Part shown: in pieces, positions 10,630 through 20,620 of the stretch | How positions within the stretch are numbered: position 1 is the stretch's first letter | How the letters are laid out: each line of letters opens with the position of its first letter | Assembly: GCA_963807605.1 (NCBI GenBank) | Contig: CAWECG010000003.1 | Span: forward strand, 576,001-640,000 | Length of the DNA stretch: 64,000 nt | Direction: 5' to 3' | DNA from: Candidatus Bathyarchaeota archaeon | Lineage (GTDB): Archaea; Thermoproteota; Bathyarchaeia; 40CM-2-53-6; RBG-13-38-9 | The notes under the pieces: model-generated | The model's database searches: none | Seen by the model: the letters and a program-made list of their open reading frames with translations, nothing else | What the model was told of the DNA's origin: nothing | Made by a program: the position numbers and the translations under genes

Positions 10630-10785
10630 TAGATAACTGGCTGTTTGGTGTGGTCATGTGGATACGAGTTTTTGACGTGGATATCCACGCGGACATTTCT
10701 GGGATGAAGTGGGTATATTAGCGTGCACCTAACTGTTATTTATTCCACTTCGTACAAATCAATACTAGAAGATTAAGGCATTACT

Positions 10786-11075
10786 ATGAAGGCACTTCTC
10801 GACACAAACATTGTAATACATCGTGAAACAAGTATTCCTTTACATAAAGGCATTGGACATCTCTTTCGTTGGATTGACAATCTAAACTATATGAAATGTA
10901 TCCATCAAGTAACTGTTGATGAAATAAACAAACTGAAGAATGAAGAAAAACTAAGGATTTTCTATTAAATTACAGAGCTACAACATTCTCCCTACAACAG
11001 CGCCTCTAAATCCTTCAGTACATTCGATCTCCAAGAAACACGATTTCAACGAGAAAGATGTCAATGACACCAAGC
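10786..11075 (+). pseudogene. Frameshifted and truncated PIN-domain protein
   Basis: MKALLDTNIVI PIN start; continues in another frame (IKLQSYNILPT...DVND); AT-rich. Confidence 0.7.
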
Positions 11076-11098
11076 CTCGTGTATACTATGGTTTTGCT

Positions 11099-11932
11099 TT
11101 GTCTTCTGGACGACTGGCAACTGGAGTCTTCGACATTTTTGCCCGACAGATCTTGGAAGAATTGAAAGCAAATAATCGTGCAAAAGAAAATTTCGCTCTA
11201 GAGGTTCTTGGAAGGATCGATGGAAATATTGCGAGGACTAATTTGGCTGAAGCGCTGCTTAGTTCTGTTATCACGATGATACCTAAAATAGGGCTATCTT
11301 CGGAACCTATTGTTTTTGAAACTCTTAGGGAATGTGGGAACAGCCTCTCAGAAGCACAAAAGGAGACTGTCATGTCACACCTCAAGAAGTTTATTGATGG
11401 GGGAGTCCAAGAAATAGTCTTCCTCATTGGGCACCTAGGTGCCTACCTTAGGATGACTCCGCCTGCATCACTACGACATCTGATCGAAAGCTACAGGCGC
11501 AGGAACCTGCAGGAAAAGCAGCAGATCCTCTCAGCGGCTCAACCCCAAGTTAGTGCCATAGATGAAACAAGTCGATTGCAGATTCTGGAAGGTCTAGCCG
11601 ATCATATTAAAGGTGCTAATCTTAATGACGCACGGTTCGCCTTGAAGGTCATTAAGGAAAATGCTTCGGTGTTCCCCACCGAAGAGGAGAAGAAAAGAAG
11701 CTTCTTCAAGATTCTCCTCGAGCGTGTTGGGGATGACCAATGCCAAGTGCGAAAGGAGACCTTGATTCTGATAGGAGAGATGATGGACTTCTGGAAGGAA
11801 GACAAAAAATTCGTTCGAGAGATAAATGAGAAGCTTCGAGTTTGGGTTGAGAATCCTTTGCTGTCAGAGACCGCCAAAGGAGTATCTGTTAGCCTAAATG
11901 AAGGAGATTTACCTAAAGGCGTTGCTCAATAG
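11099..11932 (+). CDS. HEAT/ARM-like helical repeat protein, probably a C-terminal fragment
   Basis: All-helical amphipathic pattern, DDQCQVRKETL; begins abruptly after the PIN relic. Confidence 0.45.
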   Translation: MSSGRLATGVFDIFARQILEELKANNRAKENFALEVLGRIDGNIARTNLAEALLSSVITMIPKIGLSSEPIVFETLRECGNSLSEAQKETVMSHLKKFIDGGVQEIVFLIGHLGAYLRMTPPASLRHLIESYRRRNLQEKQQILSAAQPQVSAIDETSRLQILEGLADHIKGANLNDARFALKVIKENASVFPTEEEKKRSFFKILLERVGDDQCQVRKETLILIGEMMDFWKEDKKFVREINEKLRVWVENPLLSETAKGVSVSLNEGDLPKGVAQ

Positions 11933-12108
11933 ATATGTGAAACATAACAAAGGATTCCCGTAGTTGTGTAAGGCGTGACAAAGGAATTATTTGTTTTCAG
12001 TCAAGCAAAATCCCAGGCTATCCTGGAATTGCGAAATTAGATACGGATTCTTTGTTACTGGCACGTCGTGGTGGGTTCTGGTTCTGTTATAGTTGTACCG
12101 AATTCTGA

Positions 12109-12192
12109 CCCTACATGTGTAGGGATGGTTTAAGTATAGAGTAAGTTACCTACATGTAGGCAGTGCTTATAAATAAATTGAATTGCCTACAT
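12109..12192. promoter_or_regulatory. Palindromic operator-like repeats upstream of the AbiEi-like gene
   Basis: CCCTACA-TG-TGTAGGG 12109-12124, CCTACATGTAGG 12149-12160, half-site CCTACAT 12186, bracketing TATA-like TTTAAGTA and TTATAAAT. Confidence 0.65.
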
Positions 12193-12214
12193 ATCTGTCG
12201 AGGTTCGGTCAGCC

Positions 12215-12817
12215 ATGTTAATGAGGGGTAGAAAACGGGAACGTGTTCTGAGAGTGCTGCTCAATGAGCCTGACGGCATCCTCACTAAGTATAAGATAGC
12301 AAAGCTTTCGGAATGCTCGCGTGAGTGGGTCATAGAATTTCTCAGGAAACTCGAAGAACAAAGCCTCGTCGAGGAAACCAAGATTCACGACTATAACAAG
12401 CTCATAGAATACTGGAGCCGGGTTCGATTGAAGCCTGAGCATAGAGACTATATGCTCAGAGAACCTCTTGAACTTCTCCGGAAGACAGAGCTCAAATATG
12501 CATTGACCAGCTATCAGGCGGAGAATCTAGTCCAACACTACCTCTTCCCATCACGTACCGACCTCTATATTCTACAAGAGGAACTGACGAAATGGCACAA
12601 AGCGATAGTCGCTGGAGGTGGCCTGGTGGGCAAAGGTAACCTCCGTCTACTCATCGCAGACAGACACGTATTCTATAAGGTCTCTAGGATTCAAGAGTTG
12701 ACAGTAGTCTCCTTGCCGCAACTTATTGTTGACCTTCTTGCGGAAGGCGGTCCCTGTGTAGACGCTGCACAACTTCTACTGGAAAAGGTGAGCAGGCAAA
12801 CTGTACCAACCTTATGA
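12215..12817 (+). CDS. wHTH plus AbiEi-like (type IV TA) antitoxin/regulator
   Basis: N-terminal HTH (TKYKIAKLSECSREWV), YALTSY, VVSLPQLIVDLL..GG. Confidence 0.7.
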   Translation: MLMRGRKRERVLRVLLNEPDGILTKYKIAKLSECSREWVIEFLRKLEEQSLVEETKIHDYNKLIEYWSRVRLKPEHRDYMLREPLELLRKTELKYALTSYQAENLVQHYLFPSRTDLYILQEELTKWHKAIVAGGGLVGKGNLRLLIADRHVFYKVSRIQELTVVSLPQLIVDLLAEGGPCVDAAQLLLEKVSRQTVPTL

Positions 12818-12839
12818 AGTTGAGATCTCACAGAATTAC

Positions 12840-13592
12840 ATGCAGACCGTCATCTCCAAGCTCAGAGAGCCGGTATGCGTACTTGGAGGCTGGGCCGTAT
12901 ATCTAACGGTAGGAGAGAATTTCAAGCGAGAGCATGGAAGAGACTACCTAGGTTCAAGAGACATAGATATTGGCTTTCATATTGAGAGGGACTGGAGAAG
13001 GACTGAGATGGAGAACTCCAATTTGGCCCTCGCCATCATAACGCTGAAAGAGATGGGTTTCGAGCCTCTCAGTTTCAGATTCGTCAAACACTTCCATGCA
13101 GACACCAAGTAAGAACTGAAAGGAGAAAACGCAAGAAAGACACCTTCATATGAGATGTTCGATCTGTTCGTGGATCCTGTGGTTGACTATATTCATCCAG
13201 AGACCCGTGAAATCTTCGGCTTTGTTCCTATAGATGAGCCTTTACTCAAACATGCATTAGTCGGACAAGAGTTCCGGATCATAGAGCTTTTTAGCAGGAA
13301 GGTTCTCCTTCCTCTTGCACACGTCCTGTTGGCAACCAAAATCAAAAGTGTAGGTCAACGGGACAAGGAGCATAAACGAGTCAAGGATATAGCTGATATC
13401 TATGCACTGTCATGGTATTCCGATAAATCACTAGCATCATTGAGAACATCTGTTGCATCGATGATCCCTTCTCAAGAGACTAAGGTAGTAGTCGCAAGTT
13501 TTACAAAAGATGACCTGAACGCTGTGTCTAACAGTCTGGGCATAGAATCTCATCAAATTCAACGAGTCCTAAACGAGCTTAAGTCTGTATGA
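12840..13592 (+). pseudogene. AbiEii-like nucleotidyltransferase with in-frame TAA at 13110-13112
   Basis: LGGWAV, SRDIDI, K...R..KDIADI; ORFs 12840 and 13155 share one frame with a single stop between them. Confidence 0.78.
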
Positions 13593-13607
13593 TGAGCCTA
13601 TACTACT

Positions 13608-14309
13608 TCATGGTTGAGAATAAGTCGGCCACAATGCTACGATGAATGGTTCGCCTACATCTGCCAAATGAAATATTGAGTAACCTACTGGAAGAGCCGG
13701 AGCGATCTTCGAGAATTCGCTTCCAAGAACCCTACCTATCGTGTCAAGGTCTCCTCCATACTTGGTTCTGAAATGAATGCTGACGTTCATTGACGATCTC
13801 ATGACTGGGTCAAAGTCACTGATCTTCAGACCATTATCTCCCTTATAGTGTCCAATCGCTTGTGGTCGCACACCAGAAAACGCCATGAGCGAAGCCGCCA
13901 CCCTAGCATCCAGACTACAAGCCCTGAAAAACTTTGACAGCTGCTCAGCAACCGGCACCTGCTCATCTATCAGAGTGGGGAAATCACCAAGACTAGTGAT
14001 CTTGATATACGCTCGCACATCAACACGGTTATGAAGTAACCATGACTTGAGAGCCTTAACGACACTCTCAATGTAGCTACCCGCATGCCCCCTCCCCTCC
14101 ATCTCCGTCACAACATCCATCAAAAGATTGGTAGCATCCTGCTCACTCATCCTTGCAAGCTCACAAAAAGACGTCCCCCGAGCGGCACATAAAGAACCCA
14201 CACGCCTCAAGTAGACATCCGCGGTAATCCTGCTACCACGCGCCAAATTATCGTACCATCTGCGAATCACTGGATCATCCAACAAATGGCGATACTTCGA
14301 TTTCAACAT
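13608..14309 (-). pseudogene. Truncated archaeal tyrosine integrase fused in frame to a HerA/ATPase-like tail
   Basis: RRWYDNLARGSRITADVYLRR and catalytic-Arg region AFSGVRP present; HxxR and Tyr region absent after GLKISDF (13812); adjacent to tRNA 3' end. Confidence 0.8.
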
Positions 14310-14397
14310 GACACATTTATCATATCGCCTTTTAAACGACCCAGCCTCCAAATTCGGCTGCGACCCAAAATCGAGAGAGGGCCCTGAACCCAGATCG

Positions 14398-14495
14398 TGG
14401 TGGGCCGGGAGGGATTTGAACCCTCGACCACCTGCGTGTCAGGCAGGTATCCTAAGTATCCTGCATCTAATACATCCAGACTAGACGACCGGCCC
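14398..14495 (-). tRNA. tRNA-Val(GAC) with 20-nt D-loop intron (14456-14475, position 19/20), CCA encoded
   Basis: Cloverleaf GGGCCGG/CCGGCCC, CCTGC-CT-GAC-AC-GCAGG, TTCAAAT; BHB with helix GTCT/GGAT and bulges GG|A, AC|T. Confidence 0.92.
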
Positions 14496-14650
14496 ACAAT
14501 TTGCGGGTAAAAGATGCTTCCTTGGCATATTTAACATTCGCATCGCCAAGCTCTCTGGATTCCTTATCCGACGCAAGAGCTCAGGCTGGGAGAATTACTA
14601 TGCCACGAGGCGCATCCAGATGTCTCGTGTCTTTAACAGAAAACGATTCT

Positions 14651-14839
14651 TCAGACGATTCTGACACGGTTAATTTTCTTGTTCTGCCAAGAGTAGCTTC
14701 TCATCTGGCTTGTTAGACCGTAACCGCACGCCGCACATCTTCTCTTGCTCAGGCTGTATGAATGCCTTCCACACCTTCGGCAAGTTATGTGCGACTTGCC
14801 TTTGCTTCTCTTGCCCATTGAAGGTGTGCCTTTGGTCAT
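14651..14839 (-). CDS. rpl37e: 50S ribosomal protein L37e
   Basis: [26 protein letters not shown]. Confidence 0.97.
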   Translation of the reverse strand: MTKGTPSMGKRSKGKSHITCRRCGRHSYSLSKRRCAACGYGLTSQMRSYSWQNKKINRVRIV

Positions 14840-14920
14840 GATTCTATCTCCTATTCAATCACTGACGGAGGTGCTATGGTACTGATGGATATGTGGTCGA
14901 TTCTCTCTTGGTTCTATTCT

Positions 14921-15160
14921 TCATCGATTTGGTGGGGGACTGATCAGCACGACGTTATCCCCTCTGATGATCAGGGTCCCAAGCTTCTTTGCCTTGTCAA
15001 CCTCTGTAATGTCCTCAGCGTCCTCCATTACGAGATTCATGTGCTGATCGAAACTGTACAGCTTGCCTCTGACGGTCTTTCCCCCTTTCAATTGAACGAG
15101 AACGACCTTGTTGAGGCTCTCTTCAAAGATCTTGGTAGCCATCTCAGACATGGCGTTCAC
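14921..15160 (-). CDS. Sm-like archaeal protein (LSm)
   Basis: [20 protein letters not shown]; upstream of rpl37e as is typical. Confidence 0.95.
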   Translation of the reverse strand: MNAMSEMATKIFEESLNKVVLVQLKGGKTVRGKLYSFDQHMNLVMEDAEDITEVDKAKKLGTLIIRGDNVVLISPPPNR

Positions 15161-15230
15161 ACTTTCCAGAGTCTACCTTTAAGGGTTTGAGTGCGTCATT
15201 TAAGGATTATCTTCAGGTCTTGGTGGAAAC

Positions 15231-15716
15231 TTGTCAAGTCGAAGACGTATGCTGAGAAAAAGCGAAATCAAGTCCCTGCTCGCAGAACTTTCACAATTTA
15301 AGGATGTTCTGAGCTTCGACGAACGAAATACCAAACTTGAAGTTGTAGAAGTTGGTGACCAAAGGATCTTTCTTTTCGACGGTAAGCCATTCCTCTTTGG
15401 GGCTGAAGGAAAACTCTTCCCAACGTTGTTCTTTGAACCTTACATCTTTTCGGCGCCAAAGATCGTCGTGGATATGGGTGCGGTCCCGCACGTCTGTAAT
15501 GGTGCGGATGTGATGGCTCCGGGCGTCCGGAACGTATCAGGTATTTTTTCTGAGGGAGCTTTCGTCGTTGTCACGGATGAGTTACATAGGAAGTCCATTG
15601 CGCTTGGAAGAGCCCTGTTCAACTCTGAACTTCTAGCCAAAACTAGTCGCGGGGCAGTCGTTGAGATACTTCACTATGTTGGTGATGAGATCTATAATAT
15701 TTCGAAGACTATTTAG
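15231..15716 (+). CDS. DUF1947/PUA-domain RNA-binding protein
   Basis: VDMGAVPHVCNGADVMAPG, HYVGD. Confidence 0.9.
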   Translation: MSSRRRMLRKSEIKSLLAELSQFKDVLSFDERNTKLEVVEVGDQRIFLFDGKPFLFGAEGKLFPTLFFEPYIFSAPKIVVDMGAVPHVCNGADVMAPGVRNVSGIFSEGAFVVVTDELHRKSIALGRALFNSELLAKTSRGAVVEILHYVGDEIYNISKTI

Positions 15717-15778
15717 CCAGAGTTTTCTGTACTGAGCATAACTTCGTGAGAAAGAAGGAATGGCCTGTTAGTCTATAT

Positions 15779-17698
15779 CTATCTGAGTCTTATTGTCTCC
15801 AAGTTTTCTGGCGCCGTAGTCCTAATCTTGAAAAGTGCTGAGAGCACTCCCGCGATTTGGTCGCATTTTCTATATTCGCCGTGATTAATTATGACTCTGG
15901 AGGGTTTGGAGGATATTCTCCTTACAAACTCGATTATCTGATTTCTATCTGAATGTCCAGAGAATCCTTCAAGGGATTCTACAGTCAGGTTTAGTTTGAC
16001 TGCTTCAAACTTGCCTTTGGGACCGATGAGGTTTATGTCTCTGACACCGTTCCTTACTCTACTGCCGAGTGTTCCCTCAATCTGGTAGCTGACAAAGATC
16101 AGTGTGTTCTTCTCATCTGATCCCATGAGTCTGAGATAATCTATAGCAGGGCCGCCCTCGAGCATCCCTGATGTGGCAAGTATGACTGAAGGGCCTCCGC
16201 CGACAATTCCCTCGCGCTCACTTGGATGATTGACATTAACAAAGAAGTCTGACTGGAATGGGTTTACGTCTTGGTGAAGTATCTTGTCCCTTATCTCTCT
16301 TGAGAGATATTCTGGATAAGCGGTGTGGATTGCTGTTGCCTCAGAGATCATGCCTTCGATGTAGATCGGCGCTTCCATCAGAGCGCCGCTCTTCATATGG
16401 CTGTCCAAGACCATCATTATCTCTTGGGCTCTTCCCACCGCCGGCATCGGGATGAGTACCTTTCCGCCACGTTTGAAAGTCTCATTTACCGTTGATACAA
16501 GTCTAGCCTCAACAGTAGCCCTGCTCGGCATAATGTCTCCTTGGCCGCCGTAAGTGCACTCCGTGATCAGGGTCTCTACTCGCGGGAAGACTGTGGTTGC
16601 GGGCTCCAAGAGCGCAGTCTTTCCAAATTTGAAGTCACTAGTGTAGACTATGTTGTGGAGGCCTTCGCCTATGTGGAGATGTATTATCGACGAGCCTAGA
16701 ATGTGGCCTGAATTGTGGAGAGTCAGTTTCATGTCTGGTGCGACGTCAGTCACGACTCCGTACTTTAGCGGTATCGTGTGCATGACGACTTCGCGGACAT
16801 TCTTCTGGTCGAAGGCAGTGTAGCCTCCCTCCCTGTTGGCTACGTCCAAGGAATCTAGCTGAAGGAGTGTCATCAGCACGGATGTCGGCTCTGAGCAATA
16901 GACGGGTCCATCATAGCCATACTTGTAAAGGAAGGGCACAAGACCGCAATGGTCAAGATGTGCGTGAGAGATTATTACAGCGTCCAGTTTGTCTATACCA
17001 AATTCGTCCAGATCGAGTCTCGGATACGCTCTGGTCGAATCCCCTGAACCAGGGTTGATTCCACAGTCGAGGAGGACTGTGCTTTCGTTCGCTTCGACCA
17101 TTATGCATGAACGACCGACCTCGCGTGAGCCCCCTAAAGGTGTAATCCTGACACTGCTTGCTTTGCTTATTGTTGGCCTGAATATTCGCTCGCCAACATC
17201 TCTTAGGATTCGGCTCCTCTCCTCGCTCTCGGTGTATGTCATATGTCTCATTGTAGCGATGATCTTTGAGGGGAGGGGTGGAGCCCGTAAGACTCGGGGT
17301 CGCCATCCCGTAGCCTTGATGACTTCTTGGAGTATGACCCCATCCTTCCCGATGGCTAGGCCTGGTTTTTTGGCTTCGATTATGACTTCTCCTAGGCTGG
17401 GGTCGAAATTTGCCGATGTGATCGCGGCCTCGGCAGGGATGAGTTTCTTGATTGTATCTTCAGCCTCTTTCTCAGGCATCCTAATGGACGAGTCGGAACG
17501 GATGACAATGCGCTTGTGGAGAAGATTAACAATGTCTGTTACAACATGGCTCTGTTCAACGAGGAGGTTCACGTTCTTGACGTATATCGCGAGCCGAGGG
17601 CCCTCAAACTCGATCCTGGTAACCTCTGCTTCCTTGGGCATATTCTCCAATATCGCAGTCATTATTTTCGAATGTGTACTATTGAGGCTCTTGGGCAC
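15779..17698 (-). CDS. fttA: aCPSF1/FttA beta-CASP ribonuclease with KH domains
   Basis: EFEGP, GLAIGKDG, HAHLDH, FSGHSD. Confidence 0.95.
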   Translation of the reverse strand: MPKSLNSTHSKIMTAILENMPKEAEVTRIEFEGPRLAIYVKNVNLLVEQSHVVTDIVNLLHKRIVIRSDSSIRMPEKEAEDTIKKLIPAEAAITSANFDPSLGEVIIEAKKPGLAIGKDGVILQEVIKATGWRPRVLRAPPLPSKIIATMRHMTYTESEERSRILRDVGERIFRPTISKASSVRITPLGGSREVGRSCIMVEANESTVLLDCGINPGSGDSTRAYPRLDLDEFGIDKLDAVIISHAHLDHCGLVPFLYKYGYDGPVYCSEPTSVLMTLLQLDSLDVANREGGYTAFDQKNVREVVMHTIPLKYGVVTDVAPDMKLTLHNSGHILGSSIIHLHIGEGLHNIVYTSDFKFGKTALLEPATTVFPRVETLITECTYGGQGDIMPSRATVEARLVSTVNETFKRGGKVLIPMPAVGRAQEIMMVLDSHMKSGALMEAPIYIEGMISEATAIHTAYPEYLSREIRDKILHQDVNPFQSDFFVNVNHPSEREGIVGGGPSVILATSGMLEGGPAIDYLRLMGSDEKNTLIFVSYQIEGTLGSRVRNGVRDINLIGPKGKFEAVKLNLTVESLEGFSGHSDRNQIIEFVRRISSKPSRVIINHGEYRKCDQIAGVLSALFKIRTTAPENLETIRLR

Positions 17699-17732
17699 GT
17701 ATTCTCACTTGAGCGAAACAGAATAGAATGGG

Positions 17733-18428
17733 TTAGGCCTTGGGTGCGAGTATCTTCTTTTCTTCCTCGCTAAGCTCTTTGTAGCCTTCTTTGGTGACTA
17801 CTGAGATGTCAAAGCTGTCACCGCTGGCCGCATCCCTCTTCATAGCTGCGCCTACGGCCTTCAAGATAATGGGAATAGCCTCCTTGATCAACAGGCCCTG
17901 TTTGAATTGGGATTCAAGGACGCCATAAGCTATCGGTGAGCCGGATCCTGTGGATACGCAAGTCTCCTCGGTCACGCTCCCCAGCGGATCTAGAGCAAAG
18001 ATCCTTGGGCCAGTAGCGTCTACTCCTCCTATGAGGGCTTGGAGTATAAACGGCGCAAGCCGGGCCGAGAAGAGTATGTTGGCAACCAACCGCGCAGCGG
18101 CACTGACAGGCATAACGGCTTCATTCTGCAAGTGGTAGAGTTCAGCGTTCGCCTTTAGGATATCAACCATCGCCTGAGCGTCTCCGACGGCACCAGCAAT
18201 CGTCATTGCAAGATGCTCGGCAACTGGGTAAACCTTCTTGGCATGCTTATGAGCTATGAAGAAACCCATAGTCGCTCGAGTATCGGTCGCGAGAATGACT
18301 CCGTCTTTGCAGACAACACCTATTGTCGTCGTACCTTTAGCAATCTGTTTCTCAAAGTCCACTGGTCCGGGATACATATATGGATGGCCTCGATAAGTTT
18401 CCAAGCAGGTTGTAGCAGAATCGCGCAA
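17733..18428 (-). CDS. psmB: Proteasome beta subunit (catalytic type); true start probably downstream
   Basis: KG|TTTIG, TGSGS, RDAASG. Confidence 0.93.
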   Translation of the reverse strand: MRDSATTCLETYRGHPYMYPGPVDFEKQIAKGTTTIGVVCKDGVILATDTRATMGFFIAHKHAKKVYPVAEHLAMTIAGAVGDAQAMVDILKANAELYHLQNEAVMPVSAAARLVANILFSARLAPFILQALIGGVDATGPRIFALDPLGSVTEETCVSTGSGSPIAYGVLESQFKQGLLIKEAIPIILKAVGAAMKRDAASGDSFDISVVTKEGYKELSEEEKKILAPKA

Positions 18429-18495
18429 GAAGTCTTGGCGATTGCTATCTCACAACCTCAACGACCTAAAAAAAGCTTTCGTGAGAGATAAGTCG

Positions 18496-18945
18496 ATGGT
18501 GCAGAAAGTCACGCTCATAGGCGAAAGACAAGCTCGCATAGGATTCAGATTTTTGTTCGAAGGCGTCGCTGATATTTGTTCAAGATGTGAGGTCAAGAAA
18601 GTATGTCTAGGAAATCTTGAACCAGGAAGGCTCTACGAGGTCAACAAGGTCTTGAGAAGGAGATTCCCCTGCCTCTTGCATTCTGAAGATGCAGTTGTGG
18701 TTCAGGTCGAAGAGCCGCCTTTGGAGACAGCTGTTCAGGCTCGAATCGCAGTCAATGAGGCGTTGGTAACATACTCCAAGGATAATTGCAGAAACATCTC
18801 CTGCGAATACAGAAGAAAATGCTTTCCGCTGGGCCTAGCTGAAGGCGACAGATGCAAGGTGGTCAAGGTTGAGGGGCTGCTGCCGTGTCCACTGAGGGAG
18901 CAGCTTCTTTTGGTTTTGCTTCAGCGACAGTCGAAGGCTTCTTGA
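18496..18945 (+). CDS. UPF0179 family protein
   Basis: VTLIG..A..G..F, CxxC..CxxNLEPGR.Y. Confidence 0.85.
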   Translation: MVQKVTLIGERQARIGFRFLFEGVADICSRCEVKKVCLGNLEPGRLYEVNKVLRRRFPCLLHSEDAVVVQVEEPPLETAVQARIAVNEALVTYSKDNCRNISCEYRRKCFPLGLAEGDRCKVVKVEGLLPCPLREQLLLVLLQRQSKAS

Positions 18946-19618
18946 AGACCTCGACAAATACCACTCTAGCTATCTCAGGCATAAGCTTCTGTATGTCATT
19001 TGAGATCACTCTCTTTGCTACCTGTAAACCTTCGATAAGGAAAGCCTCGTCAGGGATCTCAACCTTACACTCATTCTCAGATAGGGTTAGGTTGAATTTC
19101 TCAGGAACAGGGGTTGGCATCCGTCGATGGATAAGCGCCCTAATCTTCTCCTCAGTCGATTCCAGTGTCTTCTCCAACTTGAGATTGTAGACTAGTGTCT
19201 TGCCCGCGAGAGGATGGTTGAAGTCTACTTGAACTCTTCCGGCTCCGACGGACCTGACAAGAGCTGATCTACCGTCTATCTCTATCCGAGAACCTGGAAC
19301 GGGCGTCATCTTTTCCTTGTTGAATCGTCTAATTGGTACGAGCTTCATCTTTGAGGGGTCTCGTAGGCCATAGCCCTTCTCAGGAGGAACTTCGACAGTA
19401 AGATCTTTGCCGACCTCAAGGTTGGTCAGGGCCTCATCGAGTCCTTTCGGTACCCACCCTTCACCAACGACAATAAACTGAGGTTCGTAGATATTTTCAC
19501 TGCGATAAATATTCGCCTCCTTCGCGACGGTCTCCAGAGTTGTGTCAATTGTCTCGTTACTCTCCTTTATCTTGGAGGTGTAGTTGATCAGTGCAAAGTC
19601 CCCTTTTTTCAGCGACAT
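18863..19618 (-). CDS. slyD: FKBP/SlyD-type peptidyl-prolyl isomerase (long archaeal form)
   Basis: VPPEKGYGLRD, DFNHPLAGK. Confidence 0.93.
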   Translation of the reverse strand: MSLKKGDFALINYTSKIKESNETIDTTLETVAKEANIYRSENIYEPQFIVVGEGWVPKGLDEALTNLEVGKDLTVEVPPEKGYGLRDPSKMKLVPIRRFNKEKMTPVPGSRIEIDGRSALVRSVGAGRVQVDFNHPLAGKTLVYNLKLEKTLESTEEKIRALIHRRMPTPVPEKFNLTLSENECKVEIPDEAFLIEGLQVAKRVISNDIQKLMPEIARVVFVEVFKKPSTVAEAKPKEAAPSVDTAAAPQP

Positions 19619-20025
19619 CTAGTACACCTGAAAGTTATCATAAAGGCAAACTCGCCACTTATTAATGCTACTTGTGATATTCACGTGCATGCGCACAGCC
19701 GGGTTAACAAAATAAGGCTCCACTCTCTATGGTCGAAGATAATGTCCGGAGAAGATTCAACAAGTTGACGGTAACGTTCCTCGATCTCTCTTAATGCTCT
19801 AGTTCTCTCCTCAACTAGCTCCTCTAAACTCTCGGCCTTTGACACTCAATGGTCCCTCGTGTCATCCTATCTTCCGTCTCAATTAATATGGTTAAGGATG
19901 ATGGGTGACAAGAAGTTGTTTCATCAAGGATTTCTGTTTTCGTTACGCACATGCACTTTGATTCTCGAGGTTTGGACCTTGTTAATTTCACTAGGGTCTC
20001 TCTTATGCGCGTGCAGCCTCTGTCC

Positions 20026-20620
20026 TCAACTGGCTAACTCTACGATCTCGCTGACTCTGAAGCAGAGGACGCCGTCCTCCCGGTAGAGGGAGCCGCGGGC
20101 GGTGAATCTTGCATCCTTCTTGAGCAGGTTTGACGGCCCTTCGAAGTCCGAAGGCAGCATTCTGGCTCTCCATTTATCGTTTATCCATGCAACGACTTTC
20201 CCAGGGTAGACCTTCTCAATGACCACCTTGAATAGATCTTTCGGGCCGCTATCGCCTCTGGATTCCTTCATTGCCGAGGTCGCGGTGACCGACGCTATGC
20301 GTTCCCATCCAAGCCTGATAGCGTGCCCTGAATCTTCAAGCCTGTTTACAGCGGCCGTCACGACATTTGGAGATATCCCTTCTTGGGTCAACTTGCTCAT
20401 CAAGTCCTCTATCATGATGCCCCTCCCTCCAGCTTTCATTAATTCAGTCAGAAGCTTTCTCGATACCCGCTCGACTTCTGCAAGAAACTTCTTTCCCTCA
20501 TCCTCGACAGCGATCTTGAATTGGACTCCAACATATGACCCCGCTTTTCTCTCCAGATCTTGGAGTTCCTCAACTGTCAAGGGCGAAGGATCAGGCTTCG
20601 ACCCGAGACGAATTAGCGGT
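20026..20620 (-). CDS. wHTH plus OB-like domain; probable frameshifted C-terminus of the upstream helicase
   Basis: Frame is open from about 20620 (PLIRLGSKPDPSPLTVEEL), overlapping the helicase end in the +1 frame. Confidence 0.6.

Noticed and set aside
13110-13112. Programmed stop-codon recoding in the nucleotidyltransferase
   Set aside because: The stop is TAA, which is not used for Sec or Pyl; a nonsense mutation or error is simpler.
16989-17726. 245-aa plus-strand ORF and many similar antisense ORFs in the track
   Set aside because: Shadows of well-supported genes on the opposite strand.
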